In this document: one piece after another, positions 8,477-18,346 of the stretch | Numbering within the stretch: the first letter of the stretch is position 1 | Layout: each line of letters starts with the position of its first letter | Source of the DNA: Candidatus Pseudobutyricicoccus lothianensis | GTDB lineage: Bacteria > Bacillota > Clostridia > Oscillospirales > Butyricicoccaceae | Assembly (NCBI GenBank): GCA_904419295.1 | Contig: CAJFRA010000004.1 | Location: 4,710-68,709 of the forward strand | Length of the DNA stretch: 64,000 nucleotides | Reading direction: 5' to 3' | Notes under the pieces: generated by a model | The model's database searches: none | The model's input: only the letters and a program-made list of their open reading frames with translations | Told to the model about the DNA's origin: nothing | Position numbers and translations under genes: made by a program

Positions 8477-8536
8477 TGGTCTTCTACAGGGGCGCCCGGT
8501 TGGGCGCCTCTTGTTTTGCCGATGGGAGGTTTGCTT

Positions 8537-9775
8537 GTGATCTTATATCTATTGCTGGCCCTCAGCGCCCTGATCGGGTTGGTGGCGTTGATATTGCTGC
8601 TGGCTCAGAGCCGCAAACTGGAACAGTTGACCCAGCAGCTGGAAGAACAGCAGGAAACGATCCGTCAGGCCATGGAGCGGGACAGCCGGATCGAAACAGC
8701 CCTTCAGCTGCAGGGGCAAACGATGCAGGAACATTTGAGCGCTCTGCGGCAGCAGCAGGGCACTGAAGCCTTGCAAAACGAACAAAAGCTGGAAAATCTG
8801 CGCCGCACTTTGCACTATTCCCTCGGCCAGATGCAGCAGGAAAACCAGCGGCAGCTGGATGCCATCCGCCGTACCGTGGATGAAAAGCTGCAAGATACGC
8901 TGGAAAAAAAGTTGAACGATTCTTTCGCCCTGGTGAGCCAGCGGCTGGAACAGGTGTATAAAGGGCTGGGCGAGATGCAGACTCTGGCCGTTGGTGTGGG
9001 AGACCTAAAAAAAGTGCTTTCCAATGTGAAGACCAGAGGGACCTTGGGCGAACTGCAGCTGGGGGCTATTTTAGAGCAGATCTTATCGCCGGAACAATAT
9101 GCCCGAAATGTGAACACCAAGCCGGGCAGCGGGGCAGTGGTGGAATTCGCCGTCAAACTGCCGGGAGACGGCGACCAGCCCGTTTGGCTGCCCTTTGATT
9201 CCAAATACCCTGGTGACGCCTATGAACAGCTGCTCGCAGCCTATGACACCGGCGACGCCCAACAGGTGGAGCAAGCCCGCCGCGTCCTGCGGGACCGCAT
9301 CCGCGGTTTTGCCAAAGACATCCACGACAAGTACATCGAGCCACCTTATACCACCGATTTTGGCTTGATGTTCCTTCCGGTGGAAGGTCTGTATGCCGAA
9401 GCGGTGCGCATGGGCCTGGTGGAGCAGCTGCAAGGGGAGTATAAAGTGAATATCACCGGCCCGACCACTACGGCTGCGCTGCTCAACAGCTTACAGCTGG
9501 GTTTCCGCACGTTGGCGGTACAAAAGCGATCGGCTGAAGTATGGAAAGTGCTCGGCGCGGTCAAGAGTGAATTCGGCAAGTTCGCCACTGTGCTGGAAGC
9601 CACACAGCGCCGGCTGAACCAGGCAGGAGAGGAGCTGGACAAGTTGGTTGGCGTGCGCACCCGGCAGATCCAACGGACGCTGCGGAATGTAGAAGAGGAT
9701 GCCGCCGCACAGCTGCCGCACACCACAATGGCGCAAACGACAGAAGAAAAAGGAGACGACCCATGTTTCAAGTGA
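8537..9775 (+). CDS. rmuC: DNA recombination protein RmuC
   Basis: N-terminal TM segment, a long coiled-coil, and an RmuC core (LGELQLGAILEQILSPEQY...FGLMFLPVEGLYAEAVR). Start set at GTG 8537, 7 nt after GGGAGG; the track start is 8516. Confidence 0.85.
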   Translation: MILYLLLALSALIGLVALILLLAQSRKLEQLTQQLEEQQETIRQAMERDSRIETALQLQGQTMQEHLSALRQQQGTEALQNEQKLENLRRTLHYSLGQMQQENQRQLDAIRRTVDEKLQDTLEKKLNDSFALVSQRLEQVYKGLGEMQTLAVGVGDLKKVLSNVKTRGTLGELQLGAILEQILSPEQYARNVNTKPGSGAVVEFAVKLPGDGDQPVWLPFDSKYPGDAYEQLLAAYDTGDAQQVEQARRVLRDRIRGFAKDIHDKYIEPPYTTDFGLMFLPVEGLYAEAVRMGLVEQLQGEYKVNITGPTTTAALLNSLQLGFRTLAVQKRSAEVWKVLGAVKSEFGKFATVLEATQRRLNQAGEELDKLVGVRTRQIQRTLRNVEEDAAAQLPHTTMAQTTEEKGDDPCFK

Positions 9776-10893
9776 TCAAACAAGAGGGGAGTGCCCGCCG
9801 GGGTGTTTTTACTTGCCCCCACGGCACTGTGCAGACCCCGGTGTTTATGAATGTAGGCACCCAAGCCGCGATCAAAGGCGCCCTTTCGGCGCAGGACCTA
9901 AAAACCGTTGGATGCCAAATCGAGCTTTCCAATACATACCATCTCCATGTGCGCCCCGGGGATGATGTGATCCGGCAGCTGGGCGGCCTGCACCGCTTCA
10001 TGGGGTGGGATGGCCCCATTTTGACAGACAGCGGCGGTTTTCAGGTGTTTTCTCTGGCCGGCCTCCGAAAGATCAAAGAGGAAGGGGTCCACTTTGCGGC
10101 GCATACCGATGGCCGCCGTATTTTTATGGGGCCTGAAGAGAGCATGCGTATCCAGTGGAACTTGGGCTCCGACATCGCCATGGCCTTTGATGAGTGCATT
10201 GAAAACCCGGCGCCCCATGATTATGTGCGCGATTCCATCCAACGGACTGTGCGCTGGCTGGACCGCTGCAAGACCGCCCTGGCACAGTTACAGCAGCAAG
10301 ACGATACGGTAAACCCCGGCCAAGTGCTCTTTGGCATCAATCAGGGCGGGACCTACCACGACTTGCGCATCCAGCACATGCAGCGCATTGCGGAGCTGGA
10401 TCTGCCCGGCTATGCTTTAGGGGGACTGGCTGTGGGCGAGCCCACAGACGTGATGTATGGTGTCATCGAGGCAGTGGAGCCATACATGCCCAAAGACAAG
10501 CCCCGCTATTTGATGGGGGTTGGCACTCCTTCCAACATCATCGAAGGGGTTGCCAGGGGCGTGGATTTCTTCGATTGCGTCATGCCCGCCCGCAATGCCC
10601 GCCACGGCCATTTATTCACTTCTCAAGGCATTTTGAATATCAAAAATGCAAAGTATCAGCTGGATGATGGGCCTATCGACCCCCAATGCCAGTGCCCTGT
10701 ATGCCAGCGTTATTCCCGGGCCTATCTGCGCCATTTGTTCAAAGCAGAGGAGATGCTGGCCATGCGGTTTGCTGTGACACACAACCTGCATTTTTACAAC
10801 CACTTGATGCAGCAGATCCGCGATGCGCTGGACGAAGGCCGGTTCGACGCCTTCCGGCGCGAGAATTCCGCCAAGTTGGGCCAGCGCATTTAG
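9763..10893 (+). CDS. tgt: tRNA-guanine transglycosylase (queuine tRNA-ribosyltransferase)
   Basis: 376 aa with ARRGVFTCPHGTVQTPVFMNVGT, LTDSGGFQV and the zinc motif CQCPVC...H. AAGGAG SD upstream. Confidence 0.95.
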   Translation: MFQVIKQEGSARRGVFTCPHGTVQTPVFMNVGTQAAIKGALSAQDLKTVGCQIELSNTYHLHVRPGDDVIRQLGGLHRFMGWDGPILTDSGGFQVFSLAGLRKIKEEGVHFAAHTDGRRIFMGPEESMRIQWNLGSDIAMAFDECIENPAPHDYVRDSIQRTVRWLDRCKTALAQLQQQDDTVNPGQVLFGINQGGTYHDLRIQHMQRIAELDLPGYALGGLAVGEPTDVMYGVIEAVEPYMPKDKPRYLMGVGTPSNIIEGVARGVDFFDCVMPARNARHGHLFTSQGILNIKNAKYQLDDGPIDPQCQCPVCQRYSRAYLRHLFKAEEMLAMRFAVTHNLHFYNHLMQQIRDALDEGRFDAFRRENSAKLGQRI

Positions 10894-10950
10894 GGCTTGC
10901 CAAACGGCAACAGATGGGATATACTAGTTTTCAGCGAACAATTCAGGAGG

Positions 10951-11238
10951 ATGGAGAACGCCATGGAATGGACTGCCTATATTTGGATCATCGCCACCTT
11001 TGCCCTGTTTTATTTTCTGCTGATCCGGCCCCAGCAAAAGCGGGAGAAAAAAGACCGCCAAATGCGCAACTCGCTGGAAGTAGGAGATAATATCGTCACG
11101 ATTGGCGGCATCGTGGGCAAGATCCTCACCATCAAGGACGACGAGATCACCATTGAGACCAGTGCAGACCGGACGAAGCTAGCCTTTAAAAAATGGTGTG
11201 TGCAATCGAAAGTGGAATCCGGCGAAACCAAAGAGTAA
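10951..11238 (+). CDS. yajC: Preprotein translocase subunit YajC
   Basis: FLLIRPQQKREKKDRQMRNSLEVGDNIVTIGGIVGKI is a YajC signature. The start is either ATG 10951 or ATG 10963, both after AGGAGG at 10945..10950. Confidence 0.85.
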   Translation: MENAMEWTAYIWIIATFALFYFLLIRPQQKREKKDRQMRNSLEVGDNIVTIGGIVGKILTIKDDEITIETSADRTKLAFKKWCVQSKVESGETKE

Positions 11239-11249
11239 TGGAATAAAAG

Positions 11250-11298
11250 CCTCTGGCATATGTATGAATCATGATACTGATGCCGGAGGTTTTGTTTT
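11250..11298 (+). terminator. Hairpin plus T-tract after yajC; its 3' arm contains the SD of the next gene
   Basis: CCTCTGGCAT, a 20-nt loop, then ATGCCGGAGG, followed by TTTTGTTTT and immediately ATG 11299. Confidence 0.45.
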
Positions 11299-11679
11299 AT
11301 GCAACCAGAAAAAAATAACACAGTACAAGTCATCACCCGTACATTGGCGGCAGGCGGCATAGGCCTGGCTCTCACTCTGCTGTTGTTGCTGTTCGCCAGT
11401 GTTTTGCTGCTGCAGGGCATCTTGTCGCCGGGATGGGTGGGTGTTTGCCCCTATGTGGCATTGGGGCTCGGCGCCCTTGGCTGTGGAGTTGCTTCCTCTC
11501 AATGCCCCAAACGGTTGTATGGCGCTTTGGGAGGTGGTTTGCTCATGGCCTTGTGTTTGGGGCTGTTGGGGCTTCTTTACACCAAAACCGATCTTTCGCC
11601 CTTGGGGGTTATTGTGTCCCTGGTCCTATGTCTGCTGCCTGCGGCTCTGGGCAGCATCGTCACCAGCTTATTCCGGTGA
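11299..11679 (+). CDS. Small polytopic membrane protein (TIGR04086-like; family name recalled, not verified)
   Basis: 126 aa with four hydrophobic segments. The GGAGG SD lies 9 nt upstream and a terminator follows downstream. Confidence 0.5.
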   Translation: MQPEKNNTVQVITRTLAAGGIGLALTLLLLLFASVLLLQGILSPGWVGVCPYVALGLGALGCGVASSQCPKRLYGALGGGLLMALCLGLLGLLYTKTDLSPLGVIVSLVLCLLPAALGSIVTSLFR

Positions 11680-11726
11680 AGAGAGTTGCCCGATCGCTCC
11701 GCGCTCCTTTTGTAAACAAATGTATA

Positions 11727-11760
11727 ACCGCTTTGCCAAAAAGGGCAGAGCGGTTTTTTG
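11727..11760 (+). terminator. Rho-independent terminator
   Basis: 11-bp stem AACCGCTTTGCC / GGCAGAGCGGTT followed by TTTTTT. Confidence 0.7.
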
Positions 11761-11977
11761 TTGTGTGCCAAGGAGAAAAGCTGCGAAAATGGCAAAAATC
11801 TTCCCACTTTATCTTTGCAATATGGTACAATAACTGCAAGGCAATCATTCTGTGACCTTTGGGTGGATGACTGCTTATAAGCCAATTTGGTTCGGCAGCT
11901 GCTTTGCTGCAAACCATCAAGGTACAAAGGGGACGTCTATGTGCCCCGAGCCACAATGCAAAGGAGTGTTTGGCGCA

Positions 11978-13384
11978 ATGGAATATCAAAAACAGATCCA
12001 GGAATATTTTGCAGCTCACCGGCAGCAGCTGGTGGATGCGGTATGCCGCTTGGTGCGCATCCGCAGCGTGGGGGAAGACCCGCAGCCCGGTATGCCTTAT
12101 GGCCCTGGCCCGGCGGCAGCTTTGGCAGAGGCATTGGAGATGGCGGGGCAAATGGGTTTTGCCACCCGCAACTATGAGAACTATGTAGGCACCGCAGATC
12201 TGAACGATCATCCCACCCAGCTGGCCATCTTGGCCCATTTGGATGTGGTTCACGAGGGCACTGGTTGGACTGTGACCGAGCCCTACGAGCCGGTGGAAAA
12301 AGAGGGCAAGCTCTATGGCAGGGGAACGGGGGACGACAAGGGGCCCGCCGTTGCCGCTCTGTTCGCGATGAAAGCGGTGAAGGAATTGGGGATCCCGCTG
12401 CAAAAAAATGTGCGCCTCATCCTCGGCACAGATGAAGAGCGGGGCAGCCACGACCTGACTTATTATTTCAGCAAGGAAAAAGCGCCGCCGATGTCTTTTT
12501 CGCCAGATGCCAACTACCCTGTGATCAACATTGAAAAAGGCGGCCTGCGCAGCTCTTTCACCGGTCAATGGCAGCCCAGCGAAGCATTGCCCCGGCTGGT
12601 CCGGCTGGAGGGCGGCAACACGGCCAATATCGTGCCTCAGCAGGCATTCGCCTTGCTAGAGGGCATCGACCTGGAGACCGTGCGCAAACATTGCGACGCC
12701 TATCAGGCCAAAACCCGCGCTCAATTCCAAGTCTCTCAAGAGAATGGGCTGGTACGCATCGACGTATTGGGCCTGAGTGCCCACGCCTCTATGCCGGAAA
12801 AAGGCAACAATGCCATACAGGCTCTGGTGGAAGCGGTAAGCACACTGCCTCTGGCCAAAAGCTCCAGCTTTGACCACCTGCAGGCCGTCGCCCGCTTGTT
12901 CCCCCACGGCGATTATCTGGGCCGCGCCCTGGGTGTGGACCAAAAAGACGATATCTCCGGTGTTTTGACGCTGAATCTGGGCATTTTCCATATGGATCTG
13001 GAGCATCTGGAAGGGGTCATTGACAGCCGCACGCCCATCTGCGCCAATGAGATGAACATGTCCCGTGTGGTGGCCCGCCGGCTGGCAGAATACGATCTGC
13101 AGCTGGAAAACACCCGTATGAACCCGCCCCACCACACACCGGCAGATTCTCCCTTGGTCAAGACCTTGCTTTCCATTTATGAAAACTACACGAGCCGCCA
13201 GGGCGGCTGTATCGCCATCGGTGGCGGAACTTATGTGCATCACATCGAAGGCGGCGTCGCGTTTGGCTGCGCTTTCCCCGAAACGGACAACCATTTCCAT
13301 GGGCCTGATGAATTTGCCGTTGTGGACGATCTGCTCATTAGCGCCCAGATGTTTGCCCAAGCTATCGTAGAGTTGTGCGCTTAG
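11978..13384 (+). CDS. pepV: M20 family dipeptidase (PepV/Sapep-type)
   Basis: 468 aa from ATG 11978, with AAGGAG upstream. Motifs include LAHLDVV, GRGTGDDKGP and GGGTYV near the C-terminus. The track ORF starts 42 codons too early. Confidence 0.8.
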   Translation: MEYQKQIQEYFAAHRQQLVDAVCRLVRIRSVGEDPQPGMPYGPGPAAALAEALEMAGQMGFATRNYENYVGTADLNDHPTQLAILAHLDVVHEGTGWTVTEPYEPVEKEGKLYGRGTGDDKGPAVAALFAMKAVKELGIPLQKNVRLILGTDEERGSHDLTYYFSKEKAPPMSFSPDANYPVINIEKGGLRSSFTGQWQPSEALPRLVRLEGGNTANIVPQQAFALLEGIDLETVRKHCDAYQAKTRAQFQVSQENGLVRIDVLGLSAHASMPEKGNNAIQALVEAVSTLPLAKSSSFDHLQAVARLFPHGDYLGRALGVDQKDDISGVLTLNLGIFHMDLEHLEGVIDSRTPICANEMNMSRVVARRLAEYDLQLENTRMNPPHHTPADSPLVKTLLSIYENYTSRQGGCIAIGGGTYVHHIEGGVAFGCAFPETDNHFHGPDEFAVVDDLLISAQMFAQAIVELCA

Positions 13385-13442
13385 CGGGACTTTCATACAA
13401 GTCAGCGGTGCGACTGTTTGATCCAAGAAGGAGGGAGCCTCA

Positions 13443-13823
13443 ATGAATTCCATCGAATCCAGCGTGTTCTTTTTGCCGTGCAAAAATTTAGAAGAGACCA
13501 AGCTCTATTACACAGAGGTACTGGGGCTGGGCATTTACCAGCACACCCAAGGCAATTTGATATTGGACACCCATTATGGCTATTTAGGCTTTGTCCAGTA
13601 TGGTGATGGCCGGCCCATGGCCACTGGGGTGTGCTTATCTTTCAACTGTCCAGACCGCGCCGGCGTCGATGCCTGGTACGAAGCACTGCGCGGCCGGCCG
13701 GAATGCCAAGTACAGGGGCCCCCGGCCCACCATGCCCAGTTCCCGGTCTATTCTTTCTTTTTGAAAGATCCCAATGGCTATACATTGGAATTTCAAAAAT
13801 TGGATGAGGAGGCTTCCCGGTGA
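13443..13823 (+). CDS. VOC (glyoxalase/bleomycin-resistance/dioxygenase) family protein
   Basis: 126 aa, with FFLPCKNLEETKLYYTEVLGL...FFLKDPNGYTLEF. Confidence 0.75.
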   Translation: MNSIESSVFFLPCKNLEETKLYYTEVLGLGIYQHTQGNLILDTHYGYLGFVQYGDGRPMATGVCLSFNCPDRAGVDAWYEALRGRPECQVQGPPAHHAQFPVYSFFLKDPNGYTLEFQKLDEEASR

Positions 13824-14338
13824 AAAAACTGTTGATCGTAGTGGATTACCAAAATGATTTCGTCACAGGCAGCTTGGGGTTCGAAGGGGCCCGCAGCATA
13901 GCTTCCGCTCTGCGCCAAAAGATCGAAAGCTATCGCAGCGCCGGGCAGGATGTAGTTTATACCTTGGATACCCACGGTGAAGGCTATTTGCAGACACAAG
14001 AGGGAAAAAGGCTTCCAATATCCCATTGTATCAAAGGCAGTGAAGGTTGGAAGCTTTCCAGTGAGATCGCAGGTTTATTACAAGGCTGTACCTCTTTTTG
14101 CAAGGGGACCTTTGGCAGCCTGGAGCTGGCAAAATGGTTGGAGGGCCAAGCTTATGACCAAATAGAGCTATGCGGCGTTGTCACGAACATCTGCGTGCTC
14201 TCCAATGCTGTGCTCTGCAAAGCCGCTTTGCCAGAAGCACAGATCTTGGTGGACCGCACCTGTGTGGCAGGAGCGGATGAAACGCTAAACCAAGCTACGT
14301 TTGCCGTGCTGCGAGGCATCCAGGTAGACGTTCTTTGA
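13820..14338 (+). CDS. Isochorismatase-family cysteine hydrolase (nicotinamidase-like)
   Basis: LLIVVDYQNDF...LDTH...CGVVTNICV catalytic pattern. The GTG start overlaps the upstream stop (GTGA). Confidence 0.8.
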   Translation: MKKLLIVVDYQNDFVTGSLGFEGARSIASALRQKIESYRSAGQDVVYTLDTHGEGYLQTQEGKRLPISHCIKGSEGWKLSSEIAGLLQGCTSFCKGTFGSLELAKWLEGQAYDQIELCGVVTNICVLSNAVLCKAALPEAQILVDRTCVAGADETLNQATFAVLRGIQVDVL

Positions 14339-14498
14339 CAGGCAACAAAAATGCCCGGAGGTGCCAGCCAGCGCCTCCGGCATTTGTCTGCTTTGTTACA
14401 AATTTTTAAATTTTAAGAAATTCGAAAGAGTTTTATCAAAGACCCAGAAAGAAATCACTGTTAGGATAGCAGTGTACCGTGAGGAAGGAGCAGAAGGC

Positions 14499-15185
14499 AT
14501 GAACATTCTTGTGTGCGACGATGAAAAGGAGATCGTAGATGCCATTGAGATCTATCTGAAAAACGAAGGCTATCAGATCTATAAAGCCTATGATGGGCAA
14601 CAGGCCCTGGAAGTGCTGGAGCAGCATCCGATCCAATTGATCATTATGGATGTGATGATGCCAAGGCTGGATGGCATCCGGGCCACGCTGAAGATCCGGG
14701 AAACACAGAACATCCCGGTGATCATGCTGTCGGCCAAAAGCGAAGACACCGACAAGATCATGGGCCTGAACATCGGCGCAGATGATTATGTGACAAAGCC
14801 CTTCAACCCCCTGGAACTCATTGCGCGAGTCAAATCTCAGCTGCGGCGCTATACCAAGCTGGGCAGCGTGCAGGCCAAGGAAAATGTGTTCCAGACAGGG
14901 GAGCTGGTCGTAGATGACGAGCGCAAAGAGGTGACGGTGGATGGCGAACCCGTGCGCATGACGCCTGTGGAATACAAGATCTTGCTGCTGCTCATTCGCA
15001 ACGCAGGGCGTGTGTATTCCATTGAGCAGATCTACGAAAAAGTGTGGAACGAACCGGCTTACAGCCCCGAAAATACCGTTGCGGTACACATCAGGCGCAT
15101 TCGGGAAAAAATTGAGATCAACCCGAAAGAGCCAAAATATTTAAAGGTGGTATGGGGAATTGGATACAAAATCGAAAAGATTTAG
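14499..15185 (+). CDS. OmpR-family response regulator
   Basis: Receiver domain (MNILVCDDEKEI...IIMDVMMPRLDG) plus a winged-helix output domain (LTPVEYKILLLL...VWGIGYKIE). Start at ATG 14499, after GAGGAAGGAG. Confidence 0.9.
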   Translation: MNILVCDDEKEIVDAIEIYLKNEGYQIYKAYDGQQALEVLEQHPIQLIIMDVMMPRLDGIRATLKIRETQNIPVIMLSAKSEDTDKIMGLNIGADDYVTKPFNPLELIARVKSQLRRYTKLGSVQAKENVFQTGELVVDDERKEVTVDGEPVRMTPVEYKILLLLIRNAGRVYSIEQIYEKVWNEPAYSPENTVAVHIRRIREKIEINPKEPKYLKVVWGIGYKIEKI

Positions 15186-17520
15186 CTATTCCATCTGGGT
15201 CAAGGCCATTGCGGTGCTTTTGGTCCTGGGCGCCTTTGCGTTGGGCGCCGCCCAGGTCTATGACATAGCCCAACAGGCTCAGACAGGCTACACGCCCACG
15301 CTGGCCCAAAATTACGATACCAGCGATTCAGCCTTTTGGAATGCCACAGACCTGGAAAACTGCGTCTTGCGAGTGGCGCAACTGCGGGATGAGACTTACA
15401 TCAAAGAAGGCCGGACCATTACCCAGGAGCGGTTGGTCAACTGGTGGCGGAATTTTTGTGAAAGTGAATTTCCATCCTATTACTACAACGAATATTACGA
15501 CCGCCACTATGCCTACCAGGAGCCTCCCGAAAGCTATTATGCCTATTCCCAACATTGGGAAGAGGACCTGGAGCAGCTGCTGAGTGAAAGTACGCTGGTA
15601 CTCAGCCGGGATGAAAAGGGGAATATCATCGCTACCCGCCAAGGACCGGAGGCCGAAGGGGGGTTGAAGGAGTTTGAGCAGGCCTATCAAAGCGTGCTGG
15701 AAAGGCTGCCCCAAGAGTGTATCGCCAATGATCTGAATGAATATCGCTCCTACATGGCGACCATTCAAAGTGAGCCCAATCTTCACTATTACGTGAACCA
15801 CGACGGTTTTGTGTTCACAAACCTGCCTGATGGGCGAGAACCCACTTATACAGACCAGCCCATTTATTTTGTGTTGGAGAATGGCAGCGTTCAAATGCGC
15901 ATGGGCGGCACACGGATCAGCGGCGTTTTGGGCTCCGGTGGCTATGCCATCGAGGAGACGGCGGATGATATTTTCTCTCCCAGCGGCTGGTACGATGGCT
16001 TTTACAGCAACATTGACATTCTGAATCAGTACAGCAGTACAGATACAGCCTATATTTGGCTGACCCAAGAGTACGTAGAGCCCATCCAGCAAAAAATAGA
16101 GTACGACCGGGCGCTGACTTTGGACTATATGCGCTTTTTCGGTGTGGACGTTTTGGTCCTGCTGGCTGGTCTTATCTATCTGATCGCCGCTGCCGGTAAG
16201 AGCCGTACTGGTGAATCTGTACGCCTCATCTGGCTGGACAAAATGTTCACTGAGTTCAACTTGTGTTTGCTGGTCGGTGTCGCCGGCATCTATACCGGCT
16301 TATGTTTCCTCTCGTGGGAAATGCAGTCCCGCAATTTCTTGTTGGGTTCTTCCGTGGCTTGTGCTGCGGTGTTTTTGGTCTTGCTGCTCTCTCTGGTGCG
16401 GATGATGAAAGGGCACCGTTTCTGGCGCAACTCTCTGGTATGGAAGCTCTGCAAATGGCTGGCAAAGCCCTTTCAAAAAGCATGGAGAGCTATCCAGCTC
16501 AGCTTGAATCAAGGACCCACTGTGAAACGGACCGTATGGTTTACCGTATTGTTTGGCACGCTGTGCATGCTGCTGGCCATCGTGTTCCCGCTGGCCATCG
16601 CCCTCATCGTGTTGGCCGCTATTTTCGTACACAAGCAGGCGCTGGCCTACCAGACTGTGCGAGATGGCGTGACAGAGATCTGCAGCGGACATCTGGATTA
16701 TCAGATCAACACCGGGGAGGATAACTGTTTTAGCGATCTGGCAGCCGATATCAACCACATTGCCGATGGCCTTCACGCGGCGGTGGAGAATGAGCTCAAA
16801 AGTGAACGGATGAAATCGGAATTGGTAACCAATGTCTCTCACGATATCCGCACACCGTTGACCTCTATCATCACCTATGTGGATCTGATCCAAAAAGAGG
16901 GGCTAACCAGCGAGAATGCCCCCGGGTATTTTGATGTGATCAGTCAAAAGGCCATGCGGCTCAAGGCGTTGACCGACGATCTGTTTGAAGTTTCCAAAGC
17001 CTCCAGCGGCAACATCCAAGTCCATTGGGCCGATGTGGATCTGGCAGATCTGGTCCGCCAAAGCCTGGGCGAATTGAGCGATAAAGTAGAGGCCTCCGGC
17101 CTGGATTTCCGGGTCAATTTGCCCGCCGATGGCATTGTAGTGCGCGCCGATGGCAAACTGCTTTGGCGCGTGGTGGAAAACCTCCTTTCCAATGTGTTCA
17201 AATATGCCATGCCCGCCTCTCGCGTCTATCTGGATGTGACAGAGCACGCAGGGCACGGTGTGTTTACCGTGAAGAACATTTCGGCCTATGAGCTGAACAA
17301 CGTGGCAGCAGAAGAACTGATGGAGCGCTTCAAGCGGGGCGACGCGGCACGTCACAGCGAAGGCAACGGCCTGGGGTTGGCCATCGCCAAGAATTTTGTA
17401 GAGCTGCAGGGCGGTGTCTTCCAGATCACCGTGGATGGCGATTTGTTTAAAGCCATGGTATGCTTGCCCAAGGCCAACCGGGCAGACCGTCCGGCCCCCG
17501 CAGAGCAAGAAGAAAAATAG
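15160..17520 (+). CDS. Sensor histidine kinase with a large N-terminal extracytoplasmic domain
   Basis: H-box VSHDIRTPLTSIITYVDLI and an HATPase_c region (GNGLGLAIAKNFVELQGG). The TTG start overlaps the response regulator gene's 3' end. Confidence 0.9.
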   Translation: MDTKSKRFSYSIWVKAIAVLLVLGAFALGAAQVYDIAQQAQTGYTPTLAQNYDTSDSAFWNATDLENCVLRVAQLRDETYIKEGRTITQERLVNWWRNFCESEFPSYYYNEYYDRHYAYQEPPESYYAYSQHWEEDLEQLLSESTLVLSRDEKGNIIATRQGPEAEGGLKEFEQAYQSVLERLPQECIANDLNEYRSYMATIQSEPNLHYYVNHDGFVFTNLPDGREPTYTDQPIYFVLENGSVQMRMGGTRISGVLGSGGYAIEETADDIFSPSGWYDGFYSNIDILNQYSSTDTAYIWLTQEYVEPIQQKIEYDRALTLDYMRFFGVDVLVLLAGLIYLIAAAGKSRTGESVRLIWLDKMFTEFNLCLLVGVAGIYTGLCFLSWEMQSRNFLLGSSVACAAVFLVLLLSLVRMMKGHRFWRNSLVWKLCKWLAKPFQKAWRAIQLSLNQGPTVKRTVWFTVLFGTLCMLLAIVFPLAIALIVLAAIFVHKQALAYQTVRDGVTEICSGHLDYQINTGEDNCFSDLAADINHIADGLHAAVENELKSERMKSELVTNVSHDIRTPLTSIITYVDLIQKEGLTSENAPGYFDVISQKAMRLKALTDDLFEVSKASSGNIQVHWADVDLADLVRQSLGELSDKVEASGLDFRVNLPADGIVVRADGKLLWRVVENLLSNVFKYAMPASRVYLDVTEHAGHGVFTVKNISAYELNNVAAEELMERFKRGDAARHSEGNGLGLAIAKNFVELQGGVFQITVDGDLFKAMVCLPKANRADRPAPAEQEEK

Positions 17521-17636
17521 CTCATTGCTTTCTTGCCGCTCTGGCAAAGAGAGAGGTCATGGAGAGACCATGTGCCTTGTGACCTATCGAACCGCCTTCG
17601 AGGCAAAAACAAAACAACCGAACAGCAATTTCCCTG

Positions 17637-17668
17637 GCCCGGCATACTTTTTGTGTGCCGGGCTTTTC
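17637..17668 (+). terminator. Rho-independent terminator after the kinase gene
   Basis: GCCCGGCA, an 11-nt loop, then TGCCGGGC, followed by TTTT. Confidence 0.6.
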
Positions 17669-17842
17669 CCTTGGCATCGGATAAAACCACCAAAATAGAG
17701 CGCACCTTTTTCCTGCTTTTTGCATAAACTCTGGCCATTTGATCGAGATAAATCTTCCCGCCACCTTTGGTTTGTGCTATACTGAGGTATACTAAGAGAG
17801 GCGGCAAAGGGAGAGAGACCGCCATGTAAGGAGGTAATTGCT

Positions 17843-18346
17843 ATGCTCGATATCATCATGGATCGCCGCAGCATCCGCAAATTTACGCCGGAAAAAGTGA
17901 CGGAACAGCAGGTGGAGCAACTGCTGCAGGCTGCGGTCATGGCGCCATCGGCTCAAAACCGGCAGCCTTGGCATTTTATCGTGTGCGATGACAAAACTCT
18001 GTTTCAGCAATTTCAGCAGATCCACCCCTATTCTAAAATGCTGGACGAAGCTCCACTGCTGATCGTAGTGTGTGGCGATACCCAACAGCAGGCTGGCCCT
18101 CAATTTTACCTGGAAGACTGCGCTGCAGCTACAGAGAATATCCTGCTGGCTGCCCATGCTTTGGGGTTGGGTGCCTGTTGGCTGGGGCTCCCGCCCGATT
18201 CTGAACGCCAGGCCCAAGTGCAGCAGTTGTTCCGCATGCCAGAGCACATCAAACCCTTCTGTGGGATCGCTCTGGGCGTGCCGGCCCAACAGCCGTCGCG
18301 GCCAGAAAGAAAGCTGGATGGACTTGTCCACAAAAATATTTGGTAG
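17843..18346 (+). CDS. Nitroreductase family protein
   Basis: MDRRSIRKFTPEKV...APSAQNRQPWHFIV motif. AAGGAGG SD upstream. Confidence 0.85.
   Translation: MLDIIMDRRSIRKFTPEKVTEQQVEQLLQAAVMAPSAQNRQPWHFIVCDDKTLFQQFQQIHPYSKMLDEAPLLIVVCGDTQQQAGPQFYLEDCAAATENILLAAHALGLGACWLGLPPDSERQAQVQQLFRMPEHIKPFCGIALGVPAQQPSRPERKLDGLVHKNIW

Noticed and set aside
16300-17547. Minus-strand ORFs of 197 and 214 aa inside the histidine kinase gene.
   Set aside because: They are antisense to a gene with unambiguous HisKA/HATPase motifs, which is typical of GC-rich antisense open frames.
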